Below, one piece after another: positions 16,769 to 26,225 of a stretch of DNA of 64,000 nt. Positions within the stretch are counted from its first letter, which is position 1; the number at the start of each line of letters is the position of its first letter. Position numbers and translations under genes: made by a program. The notes beneath the pieces were generated by a model. It had not been told where the DNA came from and made no database searches. It saw only the letters and a list, made by a program, of their open reading frames with translations. The stretch comes from Alphaproteobacteria bacterium (GTDB taxonomy: Bacteria; Pseudomonadota; Alphaproteobacteria; GCA-2731375): contig CBDDPY010000002.1 of the NCBI GenBank assembly GCA_965232515.1, positions 5,152,001-5,216,000 on the forward strand, in the 5' to 3' direction.

Positions 16769-18823
16769 TCAACCGTCGTCGCCCTTGTCGATCTCCACGT
16801 CGAGCCAGCGGAACGGTGTGGTCCAGGCGCGGTCGCCGGCGCGCAGCACGACGGTCGTGGTCTCGGATTCGACGATGGCCGGGCCGGCGATCTGTTGGCC
16901 GGGCGTCAGCGCGTCGAAGTCATAGACCGGGGCCTCGCGCCAGTCGCCCATGAACACCCGGCGGTGCGCGAACGGCTCGGCCGGCGCGCCGGCCTCGGCG
17001 GTGGGCTCGGCCGGCAGGGCCGGCAACACGCCGATGGCGGCGATGCGGGCGTTGACCAGCACCACGTCCTGGTCCGGCAGGGCATAGGTGAACAACGCCT
17101 CGTGGCGGCGGTGGAAGCGCTCGGCGACCTGGTCCAGCAGGTCGCCACCGTCCCAGTCGACATCGTCCAGCGGCACGTCGATCTCGAAGATCTGCTCGCC
17201 ATAGCGCATGTCGGCCGAGCGGCGGATGCGGATCTCGCCGTCGAAGCTGGCGGCGAGGCGCTGGCGGCCGTCCGCCTCCATCTCGGCATAGAGCCCGCGC
17301 AGGCCATCGGCGTCGAGCGCGTGCGTGTCGCCGATATGGGTGCGCGAGACCTCGTAGCGCAGATCAGTCGCCAGCATGCCCCAGGCCGACAGCACCGAGG
17401 CGACGCGTGGCACGAATACGCGGCCAATCTCGAGCTGGCGGGCGACATCGGTGATGTGGATGCCGGCGGCGCCGCCGAACGACAGCAGGGCGAAGCGGCG
17501 CGGATCGACGCCGCGGCGCACCGAGACCAGACGGATGCCTTCGGCCATGTTGGTGTTGACGACCCGGTGCACACCCTCGGCCGCGGCCATGCGGTCGACG
17601 CCGAGCTGTTCGGCGAGGCCGTCGAGCGCGGTCTCGGCCGCCGATGTGTCCAGCTTCTCGCGCCCGCCGAGGAAGTTCTCGGGATCGAGGAAGCCCAGCA
17701 CCAGGCTGGCGTCGGTCACCGCCGGCGCGGTGCCGCCGCGGCCATAGCAGGCCGGGCCGGGATCGGCGCCAGCGCTCTCCGGTCCGACATGCAGCACGCC
17801 GCCGCCGTCGACCCGGGCGATCGAGCCGCCGCCGGCGCCGATGCTGGCGATGTCGAGCGAGGGCAGGGCGATACGCTGGCCGGCGATGCCGCGGTCGCTG
17901 GCGAGCGTCGGCTCGCCGTCGACGATCAGCGAGATATCGGTGCTGGTGCCGCCCATATCGAACGGAATGAGATTCCCGCTGCCGAGCAGGCTGGCGCTGT
18001 AGCGCGCGCCGGCGACGCCGCCCGCCGGGCCGGACAGCACGGTGCCGGCGGCAAGTCGGATGGCTTCCAAGATCGGCGCGACGCCGCCGTGCGACAGCAT
18101 GATCAGCACCGGGCCGTGATAGCCGGCTTCGCTCAACCGCTCGCCCAGCCGGCCGAGATAACGGTCCAACGCCGGGCCGACATAGGCATTCACCACCGTG
18201 GTCGAGACGCGCTCGAACTCCTTGATCTGCGGGAACACGTCGGCCGACGTGGTGACATAGACGTCCGGCAGGGCGTCCTTGACGGCCATAGCGCTGGCGC
18301 GCTCGTGCGCCGCGTCGCGGTAGGCGTGCAGGTAGCAGATGGCGACCGAGTCGACGCCGGCTTCGGTCAGCATGGCGATGGCGGCGTCCAGCGAATTTGT
18401 GTCGAGCGGCGTTTCCAGATGCCCGTCGGGGCGCAGGCGTTCGCGCACGCCGAGCCGCAGATAGCGCGGCACCAGCGGCGGGTCCGGCGGCAGGCGCAGA
18501 TTGTAGCGGTCGGGCTTCAGACCCTCGCGCATCTCCAGCACGTCGCGATGGCCTTCGGTCGTCAGCAGCCCGACCTTGGCGCCCTTGCGCTCCAGCAACG
18601 CGTTGGTCGCCACCGTCGTGCCGTGCACGATGCGTTCGGTCTCGCCGAGCAGCGCCGGCAGCGTCGTCTCCAGGCGTTCGGCGAGCCGCGACAGGCCTTC
18701 CAGCACGCCGATGGACTGGTCCTGCGGCGTCGACGGCGCTTTCGCCAGCGTCACGCCGCCGTCATCGTCGACCGCCACCACGTCGGTAAAGGTGCCGCCG
18801 ACATCGACCCCGATACGATACAT
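16769..18823 (-). CDS. Hydantoinase A / oxoprolinase family subunit (ATP-binding)
   Basis: DVGGTFTD, HGTTVATNALL, LSGPAGG, DMGGTSTD, IGAGGGS and GPESAGADPGP. Confidence 0.95.
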   Translation of the reverse strand: MYRIGVDVGGTFTDVVAVDDDGGVTLAKAPSTPQDQSIGVLEGLSRLAERLETTLPALLGETERIVHGTTVATNALLERKGAKVGLLTTEGHRDVLEMREGLKPDRYNLRLPPDPPLVPRYLRLGVRERLRPDGHLETPLDTNSLDAAIAMLTEAGVDSVAICYLHAYRDAAHERASAMAVKDALPDVYVTTSADVFPQIKEFERVSTTVVNAYVGPALDRYLGRLGERLSEAGYHGPVLIMLSHGGVAPILEAIRLAAGTVLSGPAGGVAGARYSASLLGSGNLIPFDMGGTSTDISLIVDGEPTLASDRGIAGQRIALPSLDIASIGAGGGSIARVDGGGVLHVGPESAGADPGPACYGRGGTAPAVTDASLVLGFLDPENFLGGREKLDTSAAETALDGLAEQLGVDRMAAAEGVHRVVNTNMAEGIRLVSVRRGVDPRRFALLSFGGAAGIHITDVARQLEIGRVFVPRVASVLSAWGMLATDLRYEVSRTHIGDTHALDADGLRGLYAEMEADGRQRLAASFDGEIRIRRSADMRYGEQIFEIDVPLDDVDWDGGDLLDQVAERFHRRHEALFTYALPDQDVVLVNARIAAIGVLPALPAEPTAEAGAPAEPFAHRRVFMGDWREAPVYDFDALTPGQQIAGPAIVESETTTVVLRAGDRAWTTPFRWLDVEIDKGDDG

Positions 18824-18832
18824 GGCGCCGCC

Positions 18833-20491
18833 TCAGTCAGAACCGTCGGCGGCGAGGCCGTCGCGCCGGTCGATGTCGTGCGCCGCCTTGCTGCGCTTCG
18901 TCGGATCGCCCCAACCGCCGCCGCCGCCCGACAGCACGCGGAAGACGTCGCCCGACTGTACCGGGATGCCGACTTCCTTGCTCTTCAGGTCGGTGGCGCG
19001 ACCGCGGGCGTCCACCTGCATGTAGTGGTGCGGCGCGCCGTCCTTGCCGCCGTGAATGCCGCGGGCGCCGTAGCGCAGGCCGTCGCCGGCGGTGTTGGCG
19101 ACGGCGGGCCCATCGGACTCGACGACCATTTCCATCTCGGCGCCGCAGCCGCCGCGATGTTCGCCTTCGCCGCCCGAGCCGGGGCGGAACTCGTGCCGGC
19201 GGAAGAACAGGGGAAAGCGCACTTCGACCACCTCGACACTGCCGAACTTCAGGCCGCCGGCGGAATGCCATTCGCCCGATGTGTGCCAGCCGTCGCCACC
19301 GGGCGAGGCGCCGGCGCCGGGCCGGGCGTGGAACATGTGCCAGATGAAGGTCTTGCCGTTGCGCGGGTCCTTGCCCTTGATGGCGATCCTCAGCCGCCGG
19401 CCCCAGCCGGCATTGGCCCGGTCGGGGCAGGCCTGGGCCAGCGCCACGGTCACCGCCTCGATGATCTCGTTCGAGCAGTGACTGGTGCACATGGTGACGG
19501 GCAGGCCGTCGTCGGCCCAGACGATGGTGCCCTGTTTCGCCTTGACGCTCAGCGGCCTCAGCGCGCCGTCGTTCTTCGGAATCTCGGGATCGATCAGGTA
19601 GGCGAAGGTTTGGGCCACGGCCGAGCGCATGTTGGCGAACGACGAGTTCACGAAGGACGTGGTCTGCGGATCGGACTCCGACAGATCGACCTCGACGTCG
19701 CTGCCGTTCACGGTCACCGTGGCGCGGATGGCGATGTCGCTGCGGCCATGGCCGTCGTCGTCGAGGAACGCCTCGCCGTGATAGATGCCGTCGCGCCAGC
19801 GCGCGACCTCGGCCCGGGCCTGGCGCTCGGCGCCGTCGAGGATGATCTCGCCGGCCGCCAGCACCACCTCGGCACCGAAATCATCGACCAGCGCCTGCAG
19901 CCGCCGTTCGCCGAGCCGCACCGAGCCGATCTGGGCGGCCAGATCGCCGCGGAAGTCGCGCGGGTGGCGCACGTTGACGGCCAACATGTCGGCCAGATCC
20001 TGCCGCACCTCGCCCTTCGACCACAGGCGCAGCGGCGGGATGCGCAGGCCTTCCTGAAAGATCTCGGTGGCGGCCGGGTTGTAGGCGCCATGCGTGGCGC
20101 CGCCGATGTCGCTGTGGTGCGCCCGGTTCATGGACCAGAAGGCAAGCGTGCCGGCGACGAACACCGGCACGATGGCGGTGACGTCGGGCAGGTGGCTGCC
20201 GCCGTGATAGGGGTCGTTCAACAGGAACAGGTCGCCCGGATGCACGTCGTCGCCGAAATAGTCGGCGACGGCCTTCGCCGCCCAGGGCATGGCGCCGACA
20301 TGGACGGGGATATGCTCGGCCTGTGCCACCAGCCGGCACTGCCCGTCGCAGAGCGCGGCCGAGAAGTCGCGGCTCGAGTTCAGGATCTGCGAATACGACG
20401 TCCGCAGCATCGCCTCGCCCATCTCCTCGACGATGGCCGTCAGCCGATGCCGGATCACCGACGCCGTTATCGGATCAATATTGGCGGACAC
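18833..20491 (-). CDS. Hydantoinase B / oxoprolinase family subunit (metal-binding, catalytic)
   Basis: SRDFS, HIPVH, NDPYHGGSHLPD, HHSDIGG, EIFQEG and GGGGGWGDP. Confidence 0.95.
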   Translation of the reverse strand: MSANIDPITASVIRHRLTAIVEEMGEAMLRTSYSQILNSSRDFSAALCDGQCRLVAQAEHIPVHVGAMPWAAKAVADYFGDDVHPGDLFLLNDPYHGGSHLPDVTAIVPVFVAGTLAFWSMNRAHHSDIGGATHGAYNPAATEIFQEGLRIPPLRLWSKGEVRQDLADMLAVNVRHPRDFRGDLAAQIGSVRLGERRLQALVDDFGAEVVLAAGEIILDGAERQARAEVARWRDGIYHGEAFLDDDGHGRSDIAIRATVTVNGSDVEVDLSESDPQTTSFVNSSFANMRSAVAQTFAYLIDPEIPKNDGALRPLSVKAKQGTIVWADDGLPVTMCTSHCSNEIIEAVTVALAQACPDRANAGWGRRLRIAIKGKDPRNGKTFIWHMFHARPGAGASPGGDGWHTSGEWHSAGGLKFGSVEVVEVRFPLFFRRHEFRPGSGGEGEHRGGCGAEMEMVVESDGPAVANTAGDGLRYGARGIHGGKDGAPHHYMQVDARGRATDLKSKEVGIPVQSGDVFRVLSGGGGGWGDPTKRSKAAHDIDRRDGLAADGSD

Positions 20492-20624
20492 GCAAACCCC
20501 CTCCCGCAGAACTCAAGCAGGTCCCGATTAGACCCGGACGCGCCGCGGGAATCCAGGGGGATGGGCAGATATCAGCCTTGCTGGGAGAGCAATGCTGCGG
20601 GCATTGTGGGTATTCACGCCGTCC

Positions 20625-20912
20625 CTAGAACAAACTGGTTAGATCACGGCGGCCATGGACAACACGGACAATCACGACGCCGTCGTTGATGGCGTTGTAG
20701 AGCAAGAGAAAGTCTCGGTGGACGGAATACCGCAGACCGGGCTGTAGGTCGTCGCGGGCTGAACCCATCAATGGGTTGTCTGCCAACAATGAAAATCGGT
20801 CGAAAAGCTGATCAATCAGCTTGTCGGCGGCCCCCTCGTCATGCTCGGCGATGTAGTCCCAGATATCGAGAAGGTCGGCGCTGGCGCGTTCGGTGAGGAC
20901 GTAGCGACCCAT
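20625..20912 (-). CDS. ParE/RelE family toxin
   Basis: A..DL..IWDYIA...AADKL...NPLMG..R....GLR...IVRVVHGRRD. Confidence 0.92.
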   Translation of the reverse strand: MGRYVLTERASADLLDIWDYIAEHDEGAADKLIDQLFDRFSLLADNPLMGSARDDLQPGLRYSVHRDFLLLYNAINDGVVIVRVVHGRRDLTSLF

Positions 20913-20931
20913 CGAATTGAGTGGAGCCGAG

Positions 20932-21171
20932 CTAGCGCTTGGCGCGTTTGGCGCGGGCCTTTGCTTTGATGTCGGCCGCCGTCAGGTTTGGATCGGCGAG
21001 ACCGCTTTCAATACCCTCCTGCCAGAGGCGTCGTATTTCCTGACGCGCCAGCCAATCTCGCAATGCCGCTCGCACGACCTCGCTGGTCGAGGAGAAATTG
21101 CCGCTCTCGACCGCCTCGTGGATGCGTTCGGCGTGCTCGTCGGTCAACGAGATCGTGGTCTTCACAGTCAT
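20932..21171 (-). CDS. ParD-like ribbon-helix-helix antitoxin
   Basis: TISLT...VESGNFSSTSEVVRAALR...EGIESG; upstream of the ParE gene; GAGGAG RBS. Confidence 0.9.
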   Translation of the reverse strand: MTVKTTISLTDEHAERIHEAVESGNFSSTSEVVRAALRDWLARQEIRRLWQEGIESGLADPNLTAADIKAKARAKRAKR

Positions 21172-21194
21172 GCGATACGCTCCTCAATCGCGGA

Positions 21195-21215
21195 TGCAAT
21201 AGTATGACTTTTGCA
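21195..21215 (-). promoter_or_regulatory. Putative operator of the parDE-like operon
   Basis: Imperfect inverted repeat TGCAATAG-TATGA-CTTTTGCA just upstream of the antitoxin RBS. Confidence 0.45.
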
Positions 21216-21331
21216 CACCGAATCAATAGCGGCGTTTTGATGGTTCCGTTCTGCATGCGTCTGCTGACGGCATGCTGGCAGTGGGCGCCTGTTAGCCATG
21301 GGGCTCGGCAACAGGCAACGGGACGGCGGCG

Positions 21332-21940
21332 ATGTACGTTCTTTATCATCATCCCTATTCACAGCATGCGCGGCGGGTGGTGGCGCTATGCGCGGCGGCG
21401 GGGCTCGATTACGAGCTGCGGCATGTGGCGCTGGAGGCGGAGGAGTATCTGTCACCCGAATATCTGGCGGTCAATCCGAACCATCAGGTGCCGACGCTCA
21501 TCGACGGCGACGTCAAGATCCACGAGTCGAACGCGATCCTGCGCTATCTGGCGGTGAAGCACGGGCTTGGCGACTGGTATCCGGACGACCTGGCGGCGCG
21601 GGCGGCGGTGGAGCAGTGGCTCGATTGGAACCAGTGCCGGCTGTCGCCGGCGGTGGTCGATATCGTGCTCAATAGTGTGTTCAGCGGCGACAAGGGCGAC
21701 AAGGCGGCGATCGTGCGGGGGCGCGAGCGGCTGGCCGAGCTGACGCCGATCCTGGAGGCCACCCTCGAGGGGCGTGACTATCTCGCCGGCGACACGCCCA
21801 GCATCGCCGATCTGTCGGTCGGGTCCAACATCACGCAGCTCGGGCTCGCGGACGCGGCGCCGACGACGGCCAACATCGACGCATGGTACCGGCGCGTGTT
21901 CGAAATCGAGGGATTCCGGAAGTCGTTGCCGCAGGGGTAG
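21332..21940 (+). CDS. Glutathione S-transferase family protein
   Basis: SQHARRV, NPNHQVPTL, ESNAILRYLA and YLAGDTPSIADL. Confidence 0.93.
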   Translation: MYVLYHHPYSQHARRVVALCAAAGLDYELRHVALEAEEYLSPEYLAVNPNHQVPTLIDGDVKIHESNAILRYLAVKHGLGDWYPDDLAARAAVEQWLDWNQCRLSPAVVDIVLNSVFSGDKGDKAAIVRGRERLAELTPILEATLEGRDYLAGDTPSIADLSVGSNITQLGLADAAPTTANIDAWYRRVFEIEGFRKSLPQG

Positions 21941-21963
21941 GGCATCGAGCCGGGTGCCGCGCC

Positions 21964-22425
21964 TCACGTAAGCGTCAGCTTCATGCCCTCGTGGCTGGCC
22001 TGGAAGCCGAGGCTTTCGTAGAAGCGGAGCGCGTCCGGGCGGGTCTTGTCGGTGGTGAGCTGGACGAGGCCGCAGCCGTGCTGGCGGCATTCGGCGATGG
22101 CCCATTCGAACATGCGGCGGCCGAGGCCACCGCCGCGGTGCGCGGCGGCGATGCGGACGCTTTCGATCTGGCCGCGCCAGAGGCCGAGGCGCGACAGGCC
22201 GGGGATGAAGCTGAGCTGCAGGCAGCCGATCACGGCCTCGTCGGCGGTGACGACGGCGAGATACTGGTTCGGATCGCGGTCGATGGCGTCGAAGGCGTCG
22301 ACGTAGCGCGGATTGGGTGGGTCGGCCGGATCTTCACGCGTGCTGCCGAGCGGGTCGTCGGCCAGCAGGGCGATGATCGCCGGCAGGTCCGCGCGCGTGG
22401 CGCGACGGAACGCGATGTCGTTCAT
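21964..22425 (-). CDS. GNAT family N-acetyltransferase
   Basis: FRRATRADL...IESVRI...RGGGLGR...LVQLTTDK.R..A.RFYESLGF. Confidence 0.92.
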   Translation of the reverse strand: MNDIAFRRATRADLPAIIALLADDPLGSTREDPADPPNPRYVDAFDAIDRDPNQYLAVVTADEAVIGCLQLSFIPGLSRLGLWRGQIESVRIAAAHRGGGLGRRMFEWAIAECRQHGCGLVQLTTDKTRPDALRFYESLGFQASHEGMKLTLT

Positions 22426-22570
22426 GGAAATCTTCCCGCATCGAGCTGTGTTGCGCTGACAGTATAGGCGGTCGCCGGGCGGGGGCATCGGCGCAAGGAC
22501 CGGATAGAGGGCGCTTGCGCGCGCGGCCTAGGCTGCGGGCCGTTCGTCGCAGTCGACAAGGTCCTGTTCC

Positions 22571-23803
22571 ATGCAAGCTGACGCCGCCGCCCGCGTGCCC
22601 CGCGCCTTCAACCGGCTCGCCTGGTCCAACCTGGCGGCGCAGTCGGCCGAGCAGATCGCGCTCGCGGCGGCGCCGATCATCGCCGTGCTGGCCTTCGGCG
22701 CCGGGGCCGGCGCCACCGGCCTGCTGCACACGGCGGCGACCCTGCCGTTCCTGCTGTTCGCGCTGCCGGCGGGCGTGCTGGCCGACCGGGTGTCGCGCCG
22801 CGGCCTGATGGCGGCCGCCGAGGGTCTGCGCGTGCTGGCGCTGGTCGCGGTGCCGGTGCTGGCTTTTGCCGGGCTGTTGTCGCTGCCGCTGCTGGCCATA
22901 CTCGGTTTCCTCGGCGCCTGCGGCACCGTCGCCTACACGGTCGCCGCGCCGGCCTTGGTGCCGTCGCTGGTGCCGCCGGGCGCGCTTGCCGCCGCGAACG
23001 CCCGGATCGAGCTCGCCCGTACCGTCGCCTTCACCGCCGGTCCGGCGCTGGCCGGCGTCCTGGTCGGCTGGACCGGCGGGTCGCCGGCTTTCGGCGTCGC
23101 TGCGGCGCTGTCGCTGATCGCCGTGGCGCTGCTCACCGGTTTGCGCGAACCGCCGCGTCTGTCGGTCGCCAAACGCGACACGTGGGGCGAGATCCGCGAC
23201 GGCATCGGCTTCGTCTTCCGCCACGACTTCCTGCGGCCGATCTTTTTGACCCAGTTCATCTTCAATACGGCCTATTTCGTGCTGATGGCGGTCTACGTGC
23301 CGCACGCCGTCAACCGGCTCGGCCTGACGGCGGCCGAGATCGGCGGCACGCTCGCCGCCTACGGCGCCGGCATGATTGCGGGCGCCCTGTTGGCCGGTCG
23401 GGTCATGCGCCTGCTGCCGTTCGGTGTTGTCGTCGGCATCGGACCGGTCTTCGGACTGTCGGCCGCTTTGGTCATGGCGGCGACAATCTGGCTGCCGTCG
23501 ATGGAACTGGCCGGCCTCGGCTTCCTGCTGGTCGGCTTCGGGCCGATCATCTGGGTGATCAGCACCACGACCTTGCGTCAGGTCGTGACGCCGCCGGACC
23601 TGCTCGGCCGGGTTTCGGCCGTGAACGTGCTGGCCTACGGCGCCCGGCCCGTGGGCGCGGCGCTGGGCGCGTTGATCGGCGGCGTCTACGGCGCCGAGGC
23701 CGGCCTCATCGTCGCGGCATTCGGTTTTCTGCTGCAGGCTGCGATCATCCTGGCATCGCCGGTCGTGCGGCTGGCGCGACAGCCTGCGATGGCCGTGTCA
23801 TGA
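22571..23803 (+). CDS. MFS transporter (MFS_3 / EntS-like exporter)
   Basis: About 12 hydrophobic segments; GVLADRVSRR motif A; TLRQ..TP..LLGRV. Confidence 0.9.
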   Translation: MQADAAARVPRAFNRLAWSNLAAQSAEQIALAAAPIIAVLAFGAGAGATGLLHTAATLPFLLFALPAGVLADRVSRRGLMAAAEGLRVLALVAVPVLAFAGLLSLPLLAILGFLGACGTVAYTVAAPALVPSLVPPGALAAANARIELARTVAFTAGPALAGVLVGWTGGSPAFGVAAALSLIAVALLTGLREPPRLSVAKRDTWGEIRDGIGFVFRHDFLRPIFLTQFIFNTAYFVLMAVYVPHAVNRLGLTAAEIGGTLAAYGAGMIAGALLAGRVMRLLPFGVVVGIGPVFGLSAALVMAATIWLPSMELAGLGFLLVGFGPIIWVISTTTLRQVVTPPDLLGRVSAVNVLAYGARPVGAALGALIGGVYGAEAGLIVAAFGFLLQAAIILASPVVRLARQPAMAVS

Positions 23804-23875
23804 TGTGAGCCGCCCGTCGCGGCCGCGACAAATCCGGCCGCGCCGATGTTTCAACACGGACAGGCGGCACGCAGC

Positions 23876-24931
23876 ATGAAATCGATCAAAGGCCCCGCGA
23901 TCTTCCTCGCGCAGTTCGCCTCGGACGAGGCGCCGTTCAATACGCTCCCCGGCATTGCCGAATGGGCGGCGTCGCTCGGCTACAAGGGCATCCAGATACC
24001 GTCGTGGGACGGCCGGCTGTTCGACCTCGACCGGGCCGCGGAAGATCCGGGCTATTGCGCCGAGTTGCGCGAGATGCTGGCCGGCCACGGACTCGAAGTG
24101 ACGGAGCTGTCGACGCATCTGCAGGGACAGCTCGTTGCCGTGCATCCGGCCTATGACGAGATGTTCGACGGCTTCGCCGCCGAGCACGTGCGCGGCGATC
24201 CGAAGGCGCGCCAGGCCTGGGCCACCGATCAGATGATGAAGGCGGCGCAGGCCTCGAAGAATCTCGGCCTGACGGCGCATGCGACGTTTTCCGGCGCGCT
24301 CGCCTGGCCCTACGTCTATCCCTGGCCGCAGCGGCCAGCCGGGCTGGTCGAGACCGCGTTCGACGAGCTGGCGGCGCGCTGGACGCCGATTCTCGACGCC
24401 TTCGACACGGCGGGCGTCGACGTCTGCTTCGAGATCCATCCCGGCGAGGACCTGCACGACGGCGCAACCTTCGAGATGTTCCTCGCCCGGGTGAACGACC
24501 ACCCGCGGGCCAAGATCCTCTACGATCCCAGCCACTTCGTGCTGCAGCAGCTAGACTATCTCGACTTCATCGATATCTATCACGACCGCATCGGCGCCTT
24601 TCATGTGAAGGACGCCGAGTTCAATCCGACCGGCCGTCAGGGCGTCTATGGTGGTTATCAATCCTGGGTCGAGCGGGCGGGGCGGTTCCGGTCACTGGGC
24701 GACGGGCAGGTCGATTTCGGCGGCATCTTCTCGAAGCTGACGGCGCGCGACTTCGACGGCTGGGCCGTGCTGGAGTGGGAATGCTGCCTGAAGCATCCCG
24801 AGGACGGGGCGCGCGAGGGCGCGGAATTCATCCAGCACCACCTGATCCGCGTGACCGAGCGCGCCTTCGACGATTTCGCCGACAGCGGCATCGACGAGGA
24901 CGCGAACCGCAGGATCCTGGGATTGAGCTAG
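23876..24931 (+). CDS. Sugar phosphate isomerase/epimerase (AP_endonuc_2 TIM barrel)
   Basis: MKSIKGPAIFLAQF; metal-ligand motifs FEIHPGED, YDPSH, FHVKDAEF and VLEWEC. Confidence 0.9.
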   Translation: MKSIKGPAIFLAQFASDEAPFNTLPGIAEWAASLGYKGIQIPSWDGRLFDLDRAAEDPGYCAELREMLAGHGLEVTELSTHLQGQLVAVHPAYDEMFDGFAAEHVRGDPKARQAWATDQMMKAAQASKNLGLTAHATFSGALAWPYVYPWPQRPAGLVETAFDELAARWTPILDAFDTAGVDVCFEIHPGEDLHDGATFEMFLARVNDHPRAKILYDPSHFVLQQLDYLDFIDIYHDRIGAFHVKDAEFNPTGRQGVYGGYQSWVERAGRFRSLGDGQVDFGGIFSKLTARDFDGWAVLEWECCLKHPEDGAREGAEFIQHHLIRVTERAFDDFADSGIDEDANRRILGLS

Positions 24932-24940
24932 GGGGCGCGC

Positions 24941-26098
24941 ATGAGCGACAGGGAACACCGCCGGCTCCGGCTCGGCATGATCGGCGGCGGGCGCGGCGCC
25001 TTCATCGGCGCCGTGCATCGCATCGCCGCCCGCCTCGACGACCGCTACGAGCTGGTCGCCGGCGCGCTGTCGTCGGAGGCGGAGCGCGCGCGGCTGTCGG
25101 GCCAGGATCTGGGTCTCGATCCTGACCGGACTTATGCCTCGTTCGAGGAAATGGCCAATGCGGAGGCGGCGCGCGACGACGGCATCGAGGTGGCTGCCAT
25201 CACCACGCCGAACCATCTGCACTATCCCGCGGCTAAGGCGATGCTGGAGGCCGGCATCCACGTGATCTGCGACAAGCCGCTGACGGCGACGCTCGCCGAG
25301 GCGGAAGCGTTGGCCGAGGTGGTAGCGGCGTCGGGCAAGATCTTCGTCGTCACCTACAACTACACCGGCTATCCATTGGTGCGCGAGGCGCGGCATCTGG
25401 TGGCCTCGGGCGCGCTCGGCAAGATCCGGGTGGTGCAGGCCGAGTATGTGCAGGACTGGCTGGCCCAGGACCTGGAGGCGACGGGCCAGAAGCAGGCGGT
25501 CTGGCGCACCGATCCGCAGCAGGCCGGCATCGGCGGGGCGTTGGGCGACATCGGCACGCATGCCTACAACCTCGCGACCTTCGTGACCGGGCTTGAGCTG
25601 GCCGAGCTCTGCGCCGAGACCACGTCCTTCGTGCCGGGCCGTCGGCTCGACGACGACGCCCAGGTGCTGCTGCGCTTCGCCGGCGGCGCCAAGGGCCAGC
25701 TCTGGGCGACGCAGGTGGCGGTCGGCAACGAGAACGGGCTGAAGCTGCGGGTCTACGGCGAGAAGGGCGGGCTCGAATGGCGGCAGGAAAACCCGAACGA
25801 GCTGCGGTTTGCCGAGTTTGGCGGTACGACAAAGATTCTGACCCGCGGCGGCCCGGGACAGTCGGAGACGGCGATGGCCGCGACGCGGGTGCCGCCCGGC
25901 CATCCGGAAGGCTATCTCGAAGGCTTCGCCAATATCTACGGCGATGCCGCCGACATGATTACGGCCCATATGGCCGGCGCACCGCTGCCCGAGAACGCCG
26001 CGCTGGTGCCGGGCATCGCCGAGGGGCTCGCCGGCATGAAGTTCGTCACCGCCTGTGTGGGGTCGAGCCAATCCGGCGGCCAATGGACAAAACCGTAG
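24941..26098 (+). CDS. Gfo/Idh/MocA family oxidoreductase
   Basis: GMIGGGRGAFIGAVH, TTPNHLH, CDKP, GDIGTHA and PPGHPEGYLEGFAN. Confidence 0.93.
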   Translation: MSDREHRRLRLGMIGGGRGAFIGAVHRIAARLDDRYELVAGALSSEAERARLSGQDLGLDPDRTYASFEEMANAEAARDDGIEVAAITTPNHLHYPAAKAMLEAGIHVICDKPLTATLAEAEALAEVVAASGKIFVVTYNYTGYPLVREARHLVASGALGKIRVVQAEYVQDWLAQDLEATGQKQAVWRTDPQQAGIGGALGDIGTHAYNLATFVTGLELAELCAETTSFVPGRRLDDDAQVLLRFAGGAKGQLWATQVAVGNENGLKLRVYGEKGGLEWRQENPNELRFAEFGGTTKILTRGGPGQSETAMAATRVPPGHPEGYLEGFANIYGDAADMITAHMAGAPLPENAALVPGIAEGLAGMKFVTACVGSSQSGGQWTKP

Positions 26099-26225
26099 CC
26101 GCATCGCCGGTCTGCCAAATTTGCGTCGCGGTTGCCGACCGGCTTTGGTTTAGTATCGGCGTCAGATCGAACATGCGGGCGCGGGTCGGCGTCAGCGGCC
26201 GTCAACGACAATCTGGGAGGAAGCC

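Noticed and set aside
18824-18835. Hydantoinase B stop codon (TGA) in frame with the hydantoinase A start 9 nt later, suggesting readthrough or a fusion
   Set aside because: In-frame spacing occurs one time in three by chance; A has its own GAGG RBS and ATG; no SECIS-like or readthrough signal seen.
16709-20689. 1326-aa plus-strand ORF
   Set aside because: Antisense shadow of the two in-frame hydantoinase genes; no recognisable motifs; expected in high-GC DNA.
6101-21215. Prophage or integrative element bounded by the two TA modules
   Set aside because: No integrase, tRNA, direct repeats or phage genes, and the internal genes have host-like composition.
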